A stretch of 63,055 nt of DNA, counting the filler, from Reticulomyxa filosa (taxonomy: Eukaryota > Protista > Foraminifera), in NCBI GenBank assembly GCA_000512085.1. It is 18 parts of 18 records of this genome, joined end to end, with 100 filler letters (N's around TTAATTAATTAA, not from the genome) between each part and the next. Parts side by side here need not be neighbours in the genome. Positions count along the whole stretch, not along the records: positions 22,158 to 27,898 come from ASPP01005758.1; positions 27,999 to 31,112 come from ASPP01017022.1; positions 31,213 to 33,665 come from ASPP01025610.1; positions 33,766 to 36,253 come from ASPP01018024.1; positions 36,354 to 44,541 come from ASPP01010604.1; 13 more parts are not named here. One strand, given 5' to 3'. The first letter of the stretch is position 1; each line of letters begins with the position of its first letter. Below are positions 22,311-36,354 of this stretch, in pieces. The notes beneath the pieces are model-generated. The model did not search any database. It was not told the DNA's origin and worked only from the letters and a program-made list of their open reading frames with translations. The position numbers were made by a program, and so were the translations under genes.

Positions 22311-23136
22311 AATTTCTTAGAGTTAAAATAAAATCAACAAGTTACTTTCACAAAAACTAGTTTTTTTTGGACTGTCTTGCTACTAAAAAAAAACTGGTTT
22401 TAACAATGAAGAAAGTTTTTGTAAAGCGTTTAGATTGAAATTCAAGACATACTAAATGAATTATATTATATCATTAAAAACGATACCAGATATACAAAAA
22501 ACTAGTACGATAAAAGCATATTTCAAATAAATGCTTATTTTAAAGATTAAATTTTTTAAAAAATGCTATTGTAGTGTTCATGATATGTCGTAAGCTCTGC
22601 CCGAACACGTCGGTTTGTTTTGATCACTATTTTTCTGATCGGCACGATGGGAATTTGTATTCTTTTGGGAAGGGTAGACATAATATCTAAAAAAAGCGAC
22701 TTGCAGCTAGTACTGTGTTTGATATGATGAAACTAAATGTTTTTTAAGTTGAATTTTTTTGTGAAAAAGGAGGTTAAAAATTGAAAATCAATTGAAGATA
22801 AATACGTACAAGAAAAAACTATGCTTTTTATTATTTAAATCTTTATCAATTGCATTGTTATTGTATGGTGATATATAATGTTTTGAGATTTTCTGTACGT
22901 TTCGTTAAACAAAAAAAAACGCTGGCTTTTTTATGAATATTTAGCAAAAAAGTGTTATAAAGCCACGAACTCACATTTAACTGTTGCAATTTGAGTTTTT
23001 TATCATGCAAACTATCAATCACATTTAGTAAAAACACTATCTTCGGTTCCTAGCCTGTTACGTCATATTTTAATTTATATATAAAAAAATCTGGGAGTTT
23101 TTCACTCAAAAAAAAAGAAATTGAAGCTGCAAATAG

Positions 23137-25385
23137 ATGAAACCACTTGCACTGACTTCTATTTGTGGTGTGACATGGACAAGATCTTCACAATTCCAAT
23201 GGTGTCCACTGAGAAATGAACTTGTAATTGTGCAAGGTGGTATAATAACCTGTGTTAATATTCGGACATGGAAGAATACACGTTATATCCGTTGCTATAT
23301 TGGCAATTCTCCAATTGAAGCATTATGTTTTTTTGCAAATGATACACGGATTCTCGTAGCTCAGCAAAACTATGTTTTGCAAGAGTATATTCTATCACAT
23401 GCATATATTACAAACGATAACAACTCACTTGAGCGCAAAAAAAACGCATCCACCAATTCGGGATTGCCGATTATTGTTACAATTCCTATTAAATTATGCT
23501 TTCCAAATTCCACGCATGCAGTCACACTTTCACCTCTAATACATTCGGATGTTTCAAATGACATGAAAAAAGAGCCTATGGAATTCAAAATGAATTCTAC
23601 GATAATCCAAGTGAAACACCTCAATGACGAATTGTTCCTTGTATTGTCATCTGATCAATGCATTGTATTTCAGCTCGCTATACCGACAAAAAAGTCTGTT
23701 GTCAAAATCAAATGTAAACCACTTTCAAATAAGAAAGCACGAGAGCCAACAATAGGAATAATTATAGCGCAAATCCATAGCATTTCTCAGCATTGTTCTG
23801 TGTTGCCTTTGGGTGTAGATCACTTTTTTACGTGTGGACTCCATCATTTGAGTTTGTGGAAGTTGGAGCCACTCCCTCCTGCAAAGAACTATTCTTATTT
23901 CTCAGATGACGCTACTCACAAAGAGTGCGATCAATCTTTTCAATCGCAAAATAACATGCACAAATTTTCCGACAATCTGGTCTGTCATTCAGTCATTTGA
24001 CACTTTTTTTTTTTTTTTTGCCGTTATTTGCACAAAATTTTTTTTTAAAAAAAAATGATCACAACAACCAAAAAAAAAAAAAAAAATAGAAACAATTCAA
24101 TTTCAAATTAGGCACATTTGCGAATCGCATGTTTGTAAGCATGCAGGCAAAAAAAAACGATCTGTTTTCACTGACTCAAGAAGGTGTACTATGTGTGTTT
24201 TCCATTAGTGGAAAGTATCTGCAAAAATGGGTGAACTTGAGATTTGACATTGGATGGAACGTATTCCTCCAATCTAATTATATCGTTGTGTGCGGTGCTC
24301 CCAACAAAGTCCGAATATTTGACTGCGACACATTACAGCACTTGGGAACATTGCCACCGCCCTTTGAAGTTGCCGACTTACCACAAAAGCGAGTACCAAC
24401 CCATTCGGGATCGACTAAACCCGAGTCAAAAGAAAAAGGAAAAGAAGAGGACTATGATGAATCAGGTTGCAAGTTACCGATAGGGATACTTGAACAAAGT
24501 GCGATCGCCGCAGGTGGATTTAAAAATTGTTTGCAATAATTTTTTTTTTTTTTTTCTAAAAAAAAAAAAAAAAAAAAACAAGAACAAATTATTTCGTTTT
24601 ACGTGATGAAATAGAATTGACCGAAGACAATAAGAAATTGATTGCATTGTATGGCAATGGTAGTATGGTTGTATGGAATGTGTATTCCCCTTGTTCAATT
24701 GCCAATTATACGTTGGATCAAAACAACAGCAAGTTGAGTGAGCAATGTGCCGAAGGCTGTGCACTTCGGTTCGATATTTTCCAATGCCTGAAGTCCTACA
24801 ACAACGAAATAACGCACTCCATCTTTACGAAGAATACGATTACAGAGCGTGGTGCACGGAACGTCCTTTTCTACGTTCACAAAAATTGCACTCAAATTAA
24901 AACTTTGGAGCCAACATATAACCGATGCCACAAGAGCGAATCCAAGGGCGACGAATTTAAAACCTGTCAGAGTCCTTCGGATGCTGAATATTTTACCGAA
25001 GACACGAACAAAATAACTTGTTTCACAGTGTCATCCAACGGGAGAGATATTATCATTGCCCATCAAAATGGAGACATCAAGTTTGTTTCTTTTTAAAAAA
25101 TAAATAAATAAAGAGTTTATATGAATATGTGGCACATTGTAGGTGGTTCGAGCGCTCAATTACTGACGGAGCTTTATTTTACAAGCATATTCATACTACT
25201 CAATTGCACACCGATAGTGGAAATGCGCAAGTCCAATGGCTCGAAAGTTCGCAATTACAAAACTATGTTATCATTGCTTTAAAGTGTGGCGACGTACTCG
25301 TTTATTTAATGAAAAATAATCAATTAATCTCTTATGACAAGATCTTGCACAACAAAGAAACCTCAGGATATGAAGGTAATCTTGC

Positions 25386-25416
<31 letters not shown>

Positions 25417-27253
25417 TAATTAGCCCATTAGATGACTCCTTTTTAAAAAATTCACTTAGACTGCTGTTTCAACCAAGATGAGACGATTTTGTATCTTATG
25501 TCGCCATCTTTAATTGCGTCTTACCATTTTGACTCCAAAGTTCTGGACACACTCTTTTTTATTGGAAATAGCTTTTTTTTTTTTTTTTTTATCAAAGCGT
25601 TAGTTTGAAAACATGTACACCATTACAAAAAAACAAACAAAAGGGCTATAATATCCTTTATCAAAGCAAACTTGTGTCGCTGCAAGGTCTGTCCTTGCAC
25701 CCAGGTGGAAAATTTCTGTCTTGGTTTGACAGTAATTTATCTCAAATTCATGTGCTAAATTTAGAGCAGCATCAACAAAATCGCTGTTACAAGTTGCCTT
25801 CGCCTCCTACAGTGGTAATCTTTGACAGTTCTGGATTGTATATGGTAGTTGCATGTGTCGATTGTAGCATCTATATGATGGATTGGTTTTCAGGCTGCAT
25901 TCTTCATAAAGTCTGTGCCTCTTGGAACATCTTTTCATTTTTTACTTAAAAAAAAAAACAACTGGAAATGGATAAATATTGAATACTACAAAAAAGGGTA
26001 TTGGACAAACAGAGCAAATGGTCAGTTTAGCGTTTTCTATTGATAACAAGTACGTGTCAAGTGTTGCAAAAAATGGAGTTGTGATAACATGGGAAGTCCC
26101 ATTTAAGCTTTTGAATGCAATGGAACAACGGTCACAAGAGATAATAAATACTGACTCCACTATACAACTATCTTTTGCACAACTTCAGGTTCAGATATCT
26201 TTTTGTTGTTGTATGCTTTTCTTGATACCTTTTGCCATCTTCTATAAAATATATTACAAGTTTTTATGTTTTGTCATCGAAAACATACAGAAGCTTCAAG
26301 AAGATCTTCCTGGAGGTCTAACATTGACTGATTTGTTGTCACCAGAGAAGGAGCCACTTAGTTACTTTGTTTTATATTAAGTCAAAAAAATCCCTCTTGA
26401 CACGCTTGTATTTGAAATAATAGAGCGTGAAAAAGTTGAAATACATGACACTCACAATGACCAAGACTCCGTAGTTACGAAAGAGCCAACTCAACTTCAA
26501 GTCTTGAATACTCCCAAACAAAATCAAATGCAGTTGAGGTTATGTTTTGATACAAGCAAACCTCTGCAAGACTTCGACTGGGCCCCTCATTTGAATGTAC
26601 CTTTGAATTGTAGTAAAATCAATAACACTACTCAATCTGCAGCAATTGTATCAGAGAATTGTGAAAGTTTTGAGTTTTATTGCAATTACATTCTTTTTTT
26701 TTTTGGAACCTAATGTAGTCTGTCACGTATACTGTCTTAGAAGCGTTGCCAGTGGAGATAGAACAAAATGTTCGTCCGCTGACAAGTTCCTCAGAATTTG
26801 TTGGGACACCTAATGCACTTGTTGCCATTCCGAAACTTGAGACTGTTGAGGTTAGAATGAACGTACAAAACAGATGTTGTGTTTTAACTTGGTACTAATC
26901 TCTATTTGTGATTTGATATTTTATAGAGTAATGAATGGTGCATATTACCGACCAAACCAAACAATGTTCTTCAAATCGAAAATGATGTATTTGTCGTAAA
27001 TTTGATAAGTGAACATAAACAGAGTGAGAAAATGAACAAATTTGTCCAATGCCTGAATAGTACTTTAAGTAGCTTTGGAGGTATATGTGATAGCTTAGAG
27101 TGCATATTCGAAATGATGGAGAAGGAGTTCAGCAATGAAGCTAATTCCAATAATCAAGATTTCCACGAGTGGCTCCAGAGTGATATGCAAAAAAACGGAG
27201 GAAATTTGCAATTGTTTCAAAAATACATTGCATTTCGTAAAAATTCAAATTAG
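23137..27253 (+). CDS. WDR62/MAPKBP1-like WD40 repeat protein, multi-exon
   Basis: LTQEGVLCVF...KWVNLR...VRIFDCDTLQHLGTLPPP, LIALYGNGSMVVWNV and FDSSGLYMVVACVDCSIYMMDWFSG...LAFSIDNKYVSSVAKNGVVITW resemble conserved WDR62/MAPKBP1 blocks. The 3' end is approximate. Confidence 0.7.
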
Positions 27254-28042
27254 TAAGGTCTTGGATATATTGTTTGCTTCTAATCAAAAATGTTTTTTTT
27301 CGGTTATTTTATTTATTTATTTTAAAATAGAAAGGGTAAATGTTTTTTTCACCCCTTGCACGATTATCTTTAAAATTTTAAATACTTGTTTCAGAATCCA
27401 TTGCAATCGTTGCTGGACGACTCAATCCATCCCTTGTTTACTTTTTTTAAAAGTGTATCTTTGTAAACCGAATTACCTTGAGCATAGCTGATGCTATATT
27501 TATTTAATGTTCTACCAACTTTTTTTTCTTAAATTGTTGATGAGCAAAAAGTAAAAAACTGTGTACTTTGGGCAAAGGTGTACGTTATTCCAAATCGTCA
27601 ATCAATGAAAACAAACAAAAGAAAACAAAAAAAGGACAACTCAAAACCCTCCCATCAAATTCCAAAACAACCAGACCCAAACAAACGAAATTTAGGATCA
27701 ACAAAACATAGCAAAAGTCTTTAATTTTTTTTTTAGTCCAAAAGTGAGTGTTTTTGTGCTACAAAAACAAACAAACAAAAAAGAAGGCAAAAAACAAAAC
27801 GAAAACAACAAAAACAAAAACATGCGTTCCACACACACACAAGAGTAAAAGATCTTTTTTTTTTTTTTTACTTCTTTAAAAAAAAAAAAAAAAAAAAANN
27901 NNNNNNNNNNNNNNNNNNNNNNNNNNNNNNNNNNNNNNNNNNTTAATTAATTAANNNNNNNNNNNNNNNNNNNNNNNNNNNNNNNNNNNNNNNNNNNNTT
28001 TTTTAAAAAAATGGGGGTATATATTTACCAGAGAAAAAAGCT

Positions 28043-30095
28043 ATGTATATCGTGATATTATTCGCATTACTTGCAAGTTTTTTGAAAGGAATTTATGGTA
28101 CTGACGAAGGAGAGGCCGTGTATACCCTCACTCATGAAAATTTCACCGAATTTCTGGCGTCTCATCCAAAAGTGTCGGTTGAATTTTACGCTCCTTGGTG
28201 TAGCCATTGTAAAGTTACGGAAGCAAAGCACTGAAAAAAAAAAAAGCCGTACATACACAAACAATCAACAAAAGTGATTAAAAAAAAAAAAAAAAAAAAA
28301 AAGATGCTAGCCCCACAATACGAGCTAGCCGGACAGCAATTACGCGCGACACAGTCGAAGGTAGTGTTGGCGAAATTGGACGGAAGTGAGCAAAGCAACC
28401 GGCATATCGCAGAAAAGTATGAGGTGACGCAGTTTCCAAAAGTGGTGATGATAGAAAACGGGGAGATGGTGGAAGAGTACATAGGTGGACGTGAAGTAAA
28501 GGAAATAACCGAGTGGCTCCAAAAATATGAACAAGAGGTAGTGCATAGCGTATTGTGGAGCGAATGGAATGATAAGTTAAAACTCGATTTGACGTTGTTG
28601 TTGACAAGGTTCGGACAAAACCTTGTCGTTTGTAACGTCTCCGATCGCAATTCAAAAGCCAAAGCCAATTTTGAAAAGTTTGCAAAGAGTCATCGCGGCG
28701 ATGGATTCACTTTTATCCAACTCATTGACGCCCCTGTCGATTCTCATACACATACGCACGATTCCCCTCTTCTTCAATTTTGGAGGGTCAATTCCACTTT
28801 ATTTCGCAATCCAACATTCGATGGGCCTGTCATACTTTCTTATAATGGTTTGTACGCTCTGTTCTTTGTGTATATGTGTATGTTTTTTTTTTTAAAAAAA
28901 AAATGCGGAGTATACGTGCGCAGAGTACGACTGGCTCCAGAGTTTTTTTGGAGTTGTACTCAAAGTAGAAGTTTTGAGTCAGAAAGATAGAGCCAGACGT
29001 GATCTTGTGTATACGTGGACAAAAAAAGATACAGTCAGTATTTTTTAAATTTTTTTGGGGTACGTATACTAAAAAAATGATATAAAAAAGGCAAGTGGAA
29101 AAATTTGGAGGGCTGGCTTCATGAGAATCGATATCCATTGTTTATTGACGCGGATGACAAGAATGTAATCGACGATCATTTCGTGGAAATATTTTATTAC
29201 AATTCAGAAAAGCCGGAGAAAGGAGTGTTGATACTACGAATGGAGGAAGGGCAAGACAAGGACGAATTCGAAAGCACATGGCGATCGACTGCACAGCTTG
29301 CACGACAAAAAGGCCTTTGGCCAGTGATATATCGAGTAGGCCGAACGGACATGTATTATGGGTTGCTTGAACAAACACGTGCAGCAATTGTGAGATATGT
29401 ATCATCAACTTTGAAGCCTGGAAAAAGGGCAGTCCGAAAGTCATCAAAAAACACAGAGGTTCGAAGACTCCAAAAGTACATATTTGAACAAGAATTGACC
29501 CATCAATCCGTGCTTGACTTTATCAATCGAGTTTTGTCTTATTTTTATTTTTATTTTTATTTTTATTTTTATTTTGTTTTACGAAATAAATATACAGGCG
29601 GAACAAGATCAATGGCCTCGATGGTATCGCAGCGAACCTATCCCATTGACACCCGAAGCAAAGATAATTGGATCAAATGTAGAGGTCGTTGTTGCCAACA
29701 CTTTCAATGACATTGTTTTGGATGACCAATTTGATGTGTTTGTGTTTTATACTGCTTCTTGGTGCAGAAAATGCTCCAATGTGCTGCCTCTGTTTCTCCA
29801 ATTGGGAGAGCATGTTAAGAGTGTTTACACTCCAAAATTTTCCAAATCTGGCAAACCTACCAAAGGAATTAAATTGGCGATATTTAATGCTGAAGCCAAT
29901 GACATGGATGAGATTGTCTCGCCCAATAAATTGCCTGCCTTCTTTTTATATCCGGCAAAACCAAATAAAAGCATTGATGGCAGTATTTACTTTGAAGGCG
30001 ATGCATCTGATATAAACGACTTCACTGATTTTATCGAAGAGCATTCTTATTGGTTGAGTGCCTCCAAACGACACAAGAAAAAACAAGAGTTGTAA
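28043..30095 (+). CDS. Protein disulfide isomerase family (a-b-b'-a'), multi-exon, ER-retained
   Basis: Signal peptide, [12 protein letters not shown], second active site [10 protein letters not shown], and C-terminal KQEL. Confidence 0.9.
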
Positions 30096-32299
30096 AATTT
30101 TCCAATTACATTTTAAACATTTGCAACTGGAAGAGCTGTGGAACAGACTCGTGCATCTTTTCTTTTTGTCTCTGCAACACTCAATAACATGCGTTTATCA
30201 CTTTTTACACGAAAAGAGAAAAGTTCAATAACGCTGTTATGTCACAGACTTTTCTTTTTTGTTACAATAACTGAACAATTTTTTTTGGTTAAAAAAGCAA
30301 AATTAACCAAAGATAAAACAATTATTGAGCACATACATAAAGTAATAAAAGTCAATTATCTCAATCTATTCGCTTGTTTACCTTCGGATTTTTAATGAAA
30401 AAATACTTTGTCAATTATTTTCTTCTCAACAGTAAAACGACGTCACGCAAAGTCGTTTGCTGCGTCTTCGTTTTATGACAATAAATCTTAGTATTAAACA
30501 ATAATCTAAGTAGTCCACTTTTCAAATAATCAATTACACTTACCTTTAAATGACATACAAATACTCATTAAAAAATTTTTTAAAAAATGAACGAATGTTT
30601 GAAAAACATAAAAAATGAAACATTTAGACTATGTGACCAGTGCTCAAGGGTCCAAATTTTTTATTTTTGTCTTTTCACCTTAGTTCGTTTTTATTTAATC
30701 AACTTTTAAAAAATAGTTAGATTCGCCACACAAAACTACACTAGAAAATACACTATATCTAGAATAACTACCAAACGAATGACGAAAAACAGCTTCAAGA
30801 ACACAGCAGTGAACTTGATCATAAGTGACTATTGCAACTAGCTATTGTGAATGCAAAAGCGAAGTTATATCTTTTTTTGTAGTTGTTTTAGATGAAGTTG
30901 TCAAACATTTGGATTTAGCATTAATACAAATAATAATAAACAAAACAAAAAAACAATTATTATAACTTTAGTTTGTGGAAGTTATAAAAAATGAATTAAA
31001 AAAAATCTGATTTTAATGTTTGTAATCATTTTGCTAGTACTGCAATTCAAAAATTATTGTAAGAAAAGAAGCTTTAGCAAAATGCAAATCGTCACTATGC
31101 ATTAAAAAAGAANNNNNNNNNNNNNNNNNNNNNNNNNNNNNNNNNNNNNNNNNNNNTTAATTAATTAANNNNNNNNNNNNNNNNNNNNNNNNNNNNNNNN
31201 NNNNNNNNNNNNGCAATTCAGCTATTATTTAATATTGACGTGATTTTTGTTACGGAATGGCTAAGTTTTGTTTTACCGCTTCATATATGTACATATACAC
31301 ATATATATTGTAAGACGATAGAAATAAATGTTGATTTGGCTGTGTTTGTGCATGAATATATATTGTGGCTCTATCTTTTGAATGAAAAAAGATGATATGC
31401 GATTTGAACACTCTGTGATATGTTGTTTGTCGGAAAAGATATTTTCAAAGACCCTTTGAAGTTGTTTCCTCATTTAAGAGACATAAGTATGCCTTTTCCG
31501 CCTTATGCGAATGACAAAAACTTTGGTCAAAATTTTTGCATTGAGTGAGCAATCTGCTCAATTGGACATTCAATTATATCAGTTTGCAAAAAAAAATAAT
31601 GTTTCAGCGTTTACAAGCTGTTGTTCATCCACATGATGATACTTTGAATTTAAATTTAAACGATATCTTCTCTCAATGGAATTGTGTTTTTTAATTTGAA
31701 AATGAGCGCAGTGAATGAATGAATACACAAACAATTGATATTTAATCAATTTTTTTTGTGCCTAGCTTGAACACGATCAAGTACTTCTTTCATGAGGAAG
31801 ATATTCCCATTAAAGAAAGATTCTAATATTGGGAAAACAAAACAACACAAATGAGAGCTTGTGTGTCAAAGTATTCACTCAGCGGCCTTTGACCTTCTAA
31901 AGTCGTAGTGAACAATTTCTCTTGATTTTTTGTTAGTTCTAGTTACAAAAACTAAGTCCGTTTTCTTCGTATGAAAGAACTCTTGCAATAAAAAGCTTGA
32001 TTCCTTGCTTTGGCAAGTACCAAAAAACTTGCATAAATGTTCAGATAAATTGTACACGCCAATCATGTAAATTTTTGTGTTTAGTGCTAAACTTTTGCAT
32101 TACATATCAGCAATACTAAGTTCAACATTGTACAAAGCATATTGATAACATAAATTATCAATTTAAAGTCAGTATTTAATATTTTTGTTAAGTTTATGTT
32201 TGTTTGGAAAAACGTTAAGAACTAACAGTTACAGCAAAAAGGGCCAACCCATTTTTCTTCCTATTTGAAGCATTGCTTTCAAGAAGAAAGTTAAGGAAA

Positions 32300-33276
32300 A
32301 TGGCAACAGATTCCAATACAAACGACGATAACATCACAAAAAAGTTGCTGATTTTGGATGATACCATTAAAAGTTGAGCTAGTGACCATTTTGTTTAACT
32401 TAAAGTGTGACCATTAATATTGTTGTATTTTTAACAGAGGGACCCAACTGTGCGTCGAGTTTTTATACTTATAAAAATAACTGGTTCCATCGTGTCCGAG
32501 CTGAAATTTTAACTCCCAGTGACTGTATTCACAAGGAAACTGATGGCAGCTCGTACTTTCGATACGACAAAGCAGCCGAGACAAGTGAGATTTCAGTGAT
32601 GCTCATTTTAATTGCGATTACATGGCGTTCGAAGACACATGCACTACTGATTGATTCCATATATTGCCTTTTACTCAGCAGGTAACCAATCCTTTTTTTT
32701 TTGTCGAGCAACTTTTTTTTTCGGACAGAAGAACGATCCTTTGTGTTTGTGCGTTGACTCGTATGCATAGTAACGTTGCTGTTATTTATTTTACAGCTAG
32801 TTCCTTCGACGCCAGGCTTTAGCAGTTATGTTAGCTGTCTTTTTTTTTTGTTGCTACGTGGGTGCTTCTCACCCCTTTTTTTTTTGACGAATAAAAATTG
32901 AAGAAAATGTTATTTTGGTATTGAAATGAACAGCAATACGTATAAGGAAGATTCAGAAAGATATTCTACTGATGAAAAAGGAGGCACAAGACAACTAGGC
33001 ACGACGAGACCGATGTCACTCGAATTGGAATTGGAACTTGTGACTGATTGTAATATTACGGCACAAGGAACAATATGCGATGATGTGGTAAGTACTTTTT
33101 GTTATCTCTTTTTTTTTGATGAAAAAACTTGAATGAATTTGTTAATTTAGGTTGAAGCAGTTCTGAGTGATTCAAGTGATGCTGATGAAGTAGCGTTAGC
33201 AAGTGACAAGGCAAGGGCAAGAGAATTTGCAGAAAAGGGGGCAATTGTTTACTTCAAAATGCCTACTTGTTGGGAA
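32300..33276 (+). CDS. Hypothetical multi-exon protein
   Basis: Exon-like segments with higher GC (MATDSNTND..., EGPNCASSFY..., NSNTYKED..., VEAVLSDSSD...) separated by poly-T GT-AG intron-like stretches. No recognisable domain. Confidence 0.35.
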
Positions 33277-33996
33277 GTAAACATAATTTTTGTGATTGCC
33301 TTTTTAATTGCTTTGGGAAGAGGCTTACTTCTATTTCACTCTCCTTGTTTCGACAGCGCTATTTGCAAGAATTAAAAAGAGTGCGGATTACTAAATTGTA
33401 ATTCGATCTTTGTGAATGTGGGAGGTTGAGTGATGAGAAAAAAAGCCGACGTGTTATTTTTTGGCTTTACAGTTTTTTTTTGTCGATTCTGTGAATTTCT
33501 GTTTTATGTTGGGTTTTGTGCGATAAAAAATTTTTTCTTTTTGCATTGATTTTTTTTAAATTTCACTTGTTATTTGTTTATATTTGGATTGAACAACAAA
33601 ACAATTGTAATTTCATCATAAACCAACTAAAATTTTCAATAAACATTCAAGTATTACGATATGAANNNNNNNNNNNNNNNNNNNNNNNNNNNNNNNNNNN
33701 NNNNNNNNNTTAATTAATTAANNNNNNNNNNNNNNNNNNNNNNNNNNNNNNNNNNNNNNNNNNNNTTTTTTTGTTTCGTAGAAGTTCGTAAAATCATAGT
33801 GCATGAGTTTAAAACCATTGTTGAACTCAGAAAAAAAATAAAGAGCAACCCCTTTAGAATGCGTGCAAGGAAGATTTCAAACTTTATCTTAACAAGTTTG
33901 ATGAGAGGCAATACATTTAAGATTGCCCAAAGTCAGAAAGGTTAGAGGAGTCAAGCGTTGCAGAAAGTTTTCTTACCAGCACTTGTCGAACGCACC

Positions 33997-34124
33997 AAAT
34001 CCAAAAATCACGAATCAATAAAAGGAAAAAAAAAGTAAAACTATGGGCCACGCGGCACTCCGTGCCGCTTGGCTCATAGTTTTATTTTATTTTTTCCTTT
34101 TATTAATTCGTGATTTTTGGATTT
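33997..34124. repeat. 128-bp near-perfect inverted repeat (foldback) with GC-rich core
   Basis: AAATCCAAAAATCACGAATCAATAAAAGG...CTATGGGCCACGCGGCAC-TCC-GTGCCGCTTGGCTCATAG...CCTTTTATTAATTCGTGATTTTTGGATTT. Confidence 0.9.
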
Positions 34125-34399
34125 TAACTTAGTTTAGTTTAATTGGCATTAAGATCGTTGTATTTGTGTTAGTTTATGTAAAACATCGGAATTTATTTTA
34201 GTGAGATTGAATAATTGATGATAAAGTTATTGAATATATTTCATTTAAGAAATGAAAGTGATTTGATACGCATTTATTTGGTTGCATATTTTTGATAGAA
34301 GAGTTTAAGTATTGATCAAAATAAAAAATGATTGAAGATATATTAAGAATATAACAAATTAGAGACAGTGTTTGCAAAGAAAGTATGAAACATTTATAT

Positions 34400-34747
34400 T
34401 GCAGTGACAATAATAAATTATGTCTTTTTCTTGTGAGAGAAATTTGTTGCTTATTGTAAAGCATCCAATTCAAAAAATGTACAATGCGTGGACATACAAA
34501 CAATAAAAGGTGATAGTAAATCAAATACATTGAATGAATACCACATATTTACAGTACTCAGAATTGATAAACTTACTCTCGAAACAATTGAGTAAATTAA
34601 GCGCATCTCCATCAGTTCACGTTTTAGGACATCTAGAGCTTCTTTTGTGTGTAATCGTTCCAATGTTGAGCATGCTAAGTCATGATGTATCCCAAATTGC
34701 TGGTCAGCCTTACGATACGACATTCCCATACGTATTCTTTCAAACAA
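34400..34747 (-). mobile_element. Degenerate PIF/Harbinger-like (DDE_Tnp_4-type) transposase remnant
   Basis: HTH-like RMGMSYRKADQQFGI, then Q*ATNFSHKK/RHNLL (with a stop and a frameshift), resembling the Q..TYS.YK.HNT.K block of Harbinger transposases. Confidence 0.35.
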
Positions 34748-36354
34748 AATTAATTGTTGTATTCCAATAAAACAAAAAACTTGTTGGAATGTTGAAAAAG
34801 AAAAGTAGATTGAAATCGTGACCGCAACTAAAGCAAATCCAACAGGAAAACTATAACTTCCAAAATTTTTTTCTTATAGTTTTTACAAACTACTTATAAA
34901 AGTGTAAACGTATATCCAGTACAGGAAAAATAATCGCAATCTGCTACTAAAATTTTTGTACAAACACAAAAATTTCATATTTTAGTGATGGCTAATTTTT
35001 TTTTGTCGCAACTTTAAGATAGAGATAAAATTTTGGAATTGGATTTGGGTTATTATTACCATCAATATCAAGGACTTTGTTTTTTCCAGCCAACATAGAA
35101 GGAAATATTTGTTTTAGATTTAGTTATTTTGTGATTATGTTGTTTTGATTTTGTGTTGTGTTGGATTGATCTGTGATAGGTTGAATTGTCTTGGGTTTTG
35201 TTGTGTTGAGTTGCGTTGGGTTAAATTGTGTTCGGTTGAGTTGTTGGGTTGGATTGTGGCGGATTGTTTGGTGTATGTTGAATTGTATATTATTATAATA
35301 AATATTTTTGTGGTTGAATTGTGCGTGTTAGTTTATATAAATAAAATAAAGAAAATAGTGTAATGTGGTTATAAATGAGATTCAGATTTAAATGATACTA
35401 TGGAAAAGGGTATATAATAAAGAGGGGGATAGAATGATATTAGAATCAATTATTAGATGAATTTTGTAAATTTGATCAATAAGGATTGTTAATTAAACCA
35501 TTTAAGTGTCTTTTATACATATATTTATTTTTTTTTAAATAAAGACTTTAATTTAACAAAATTTTGTTTGCTGTGTTTATTTATTTTTATGTATTTGTGT
35601 CTGTATTTGTGTTTGTTCTATAAAAGGATAAAATAAATTCAACATTAAACATCCAATTATAAATTATATTGTGATAAAGCGCACCATTGATATTTTTTTG
35701 TAGTTTATTGTGTCGTGCAATTTTAATTTTTTAATTGGAAAGATTGTTTGAATAGTGTTATTTTTTAAAAGTGAATAAACATGAAAGTGGCATCAATTGA
35801 AGAGGGTAATTAGCGTTTAATTGAAAGATTCATTTGACAAAATAGTAATAAAACAAGTTTTTTATGTTCCTCATGCTAAAGTGTTTTTGGCAACTTTTTT
35901 ATTGAGAAAATAAGTTTAAATAGTTTTATTTTATGTCTAATAAAATCTTAAGTGCAAAAAATTAAAAGGCGTTGAAGAATAACTTCGAAGGTTTAACGCA
36001 AAAGGCATTGGTAAGCTCATTTTAATCTTTTATAAATTTTGTTAATTGTGTTTATCATATTTATTATGTGATTTATGATTGAATCATCGTTGAAAATTGG
36101 ATTAGGAAATTAAAATTAAATTAGAATGGATCTATAATTTTGACAAAATCATTATCAATTATGTTAGTTCTTTTTTTTGTTCATTCAGTGACTTTTTATT
36201 ATTCTATGTTAATAATCACATGTTCATACTATAACAATAAAAAAAATTACAAANNNNNNNNNNNNNNNNNNNNNNNNNNNNNNNNNNNNNNNNNNNNTTA
36301 ATTAATTAANNNNNNNNNNNNNNNNNNNNNNNNNNNNNNNNNNNNNNNNNNNNA

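Noticed and set aside
31273-32066. Short minus-strand ORFs on contig 31213-33665
   Set aside because: No recognisable domain and no consistent exon chain.
35145-35363. ORF rich in Cys/Val/Leu
   Set aside because: It derives from degenerate (GTTGT/GTTGG)n pentamer low-complexity DNA.
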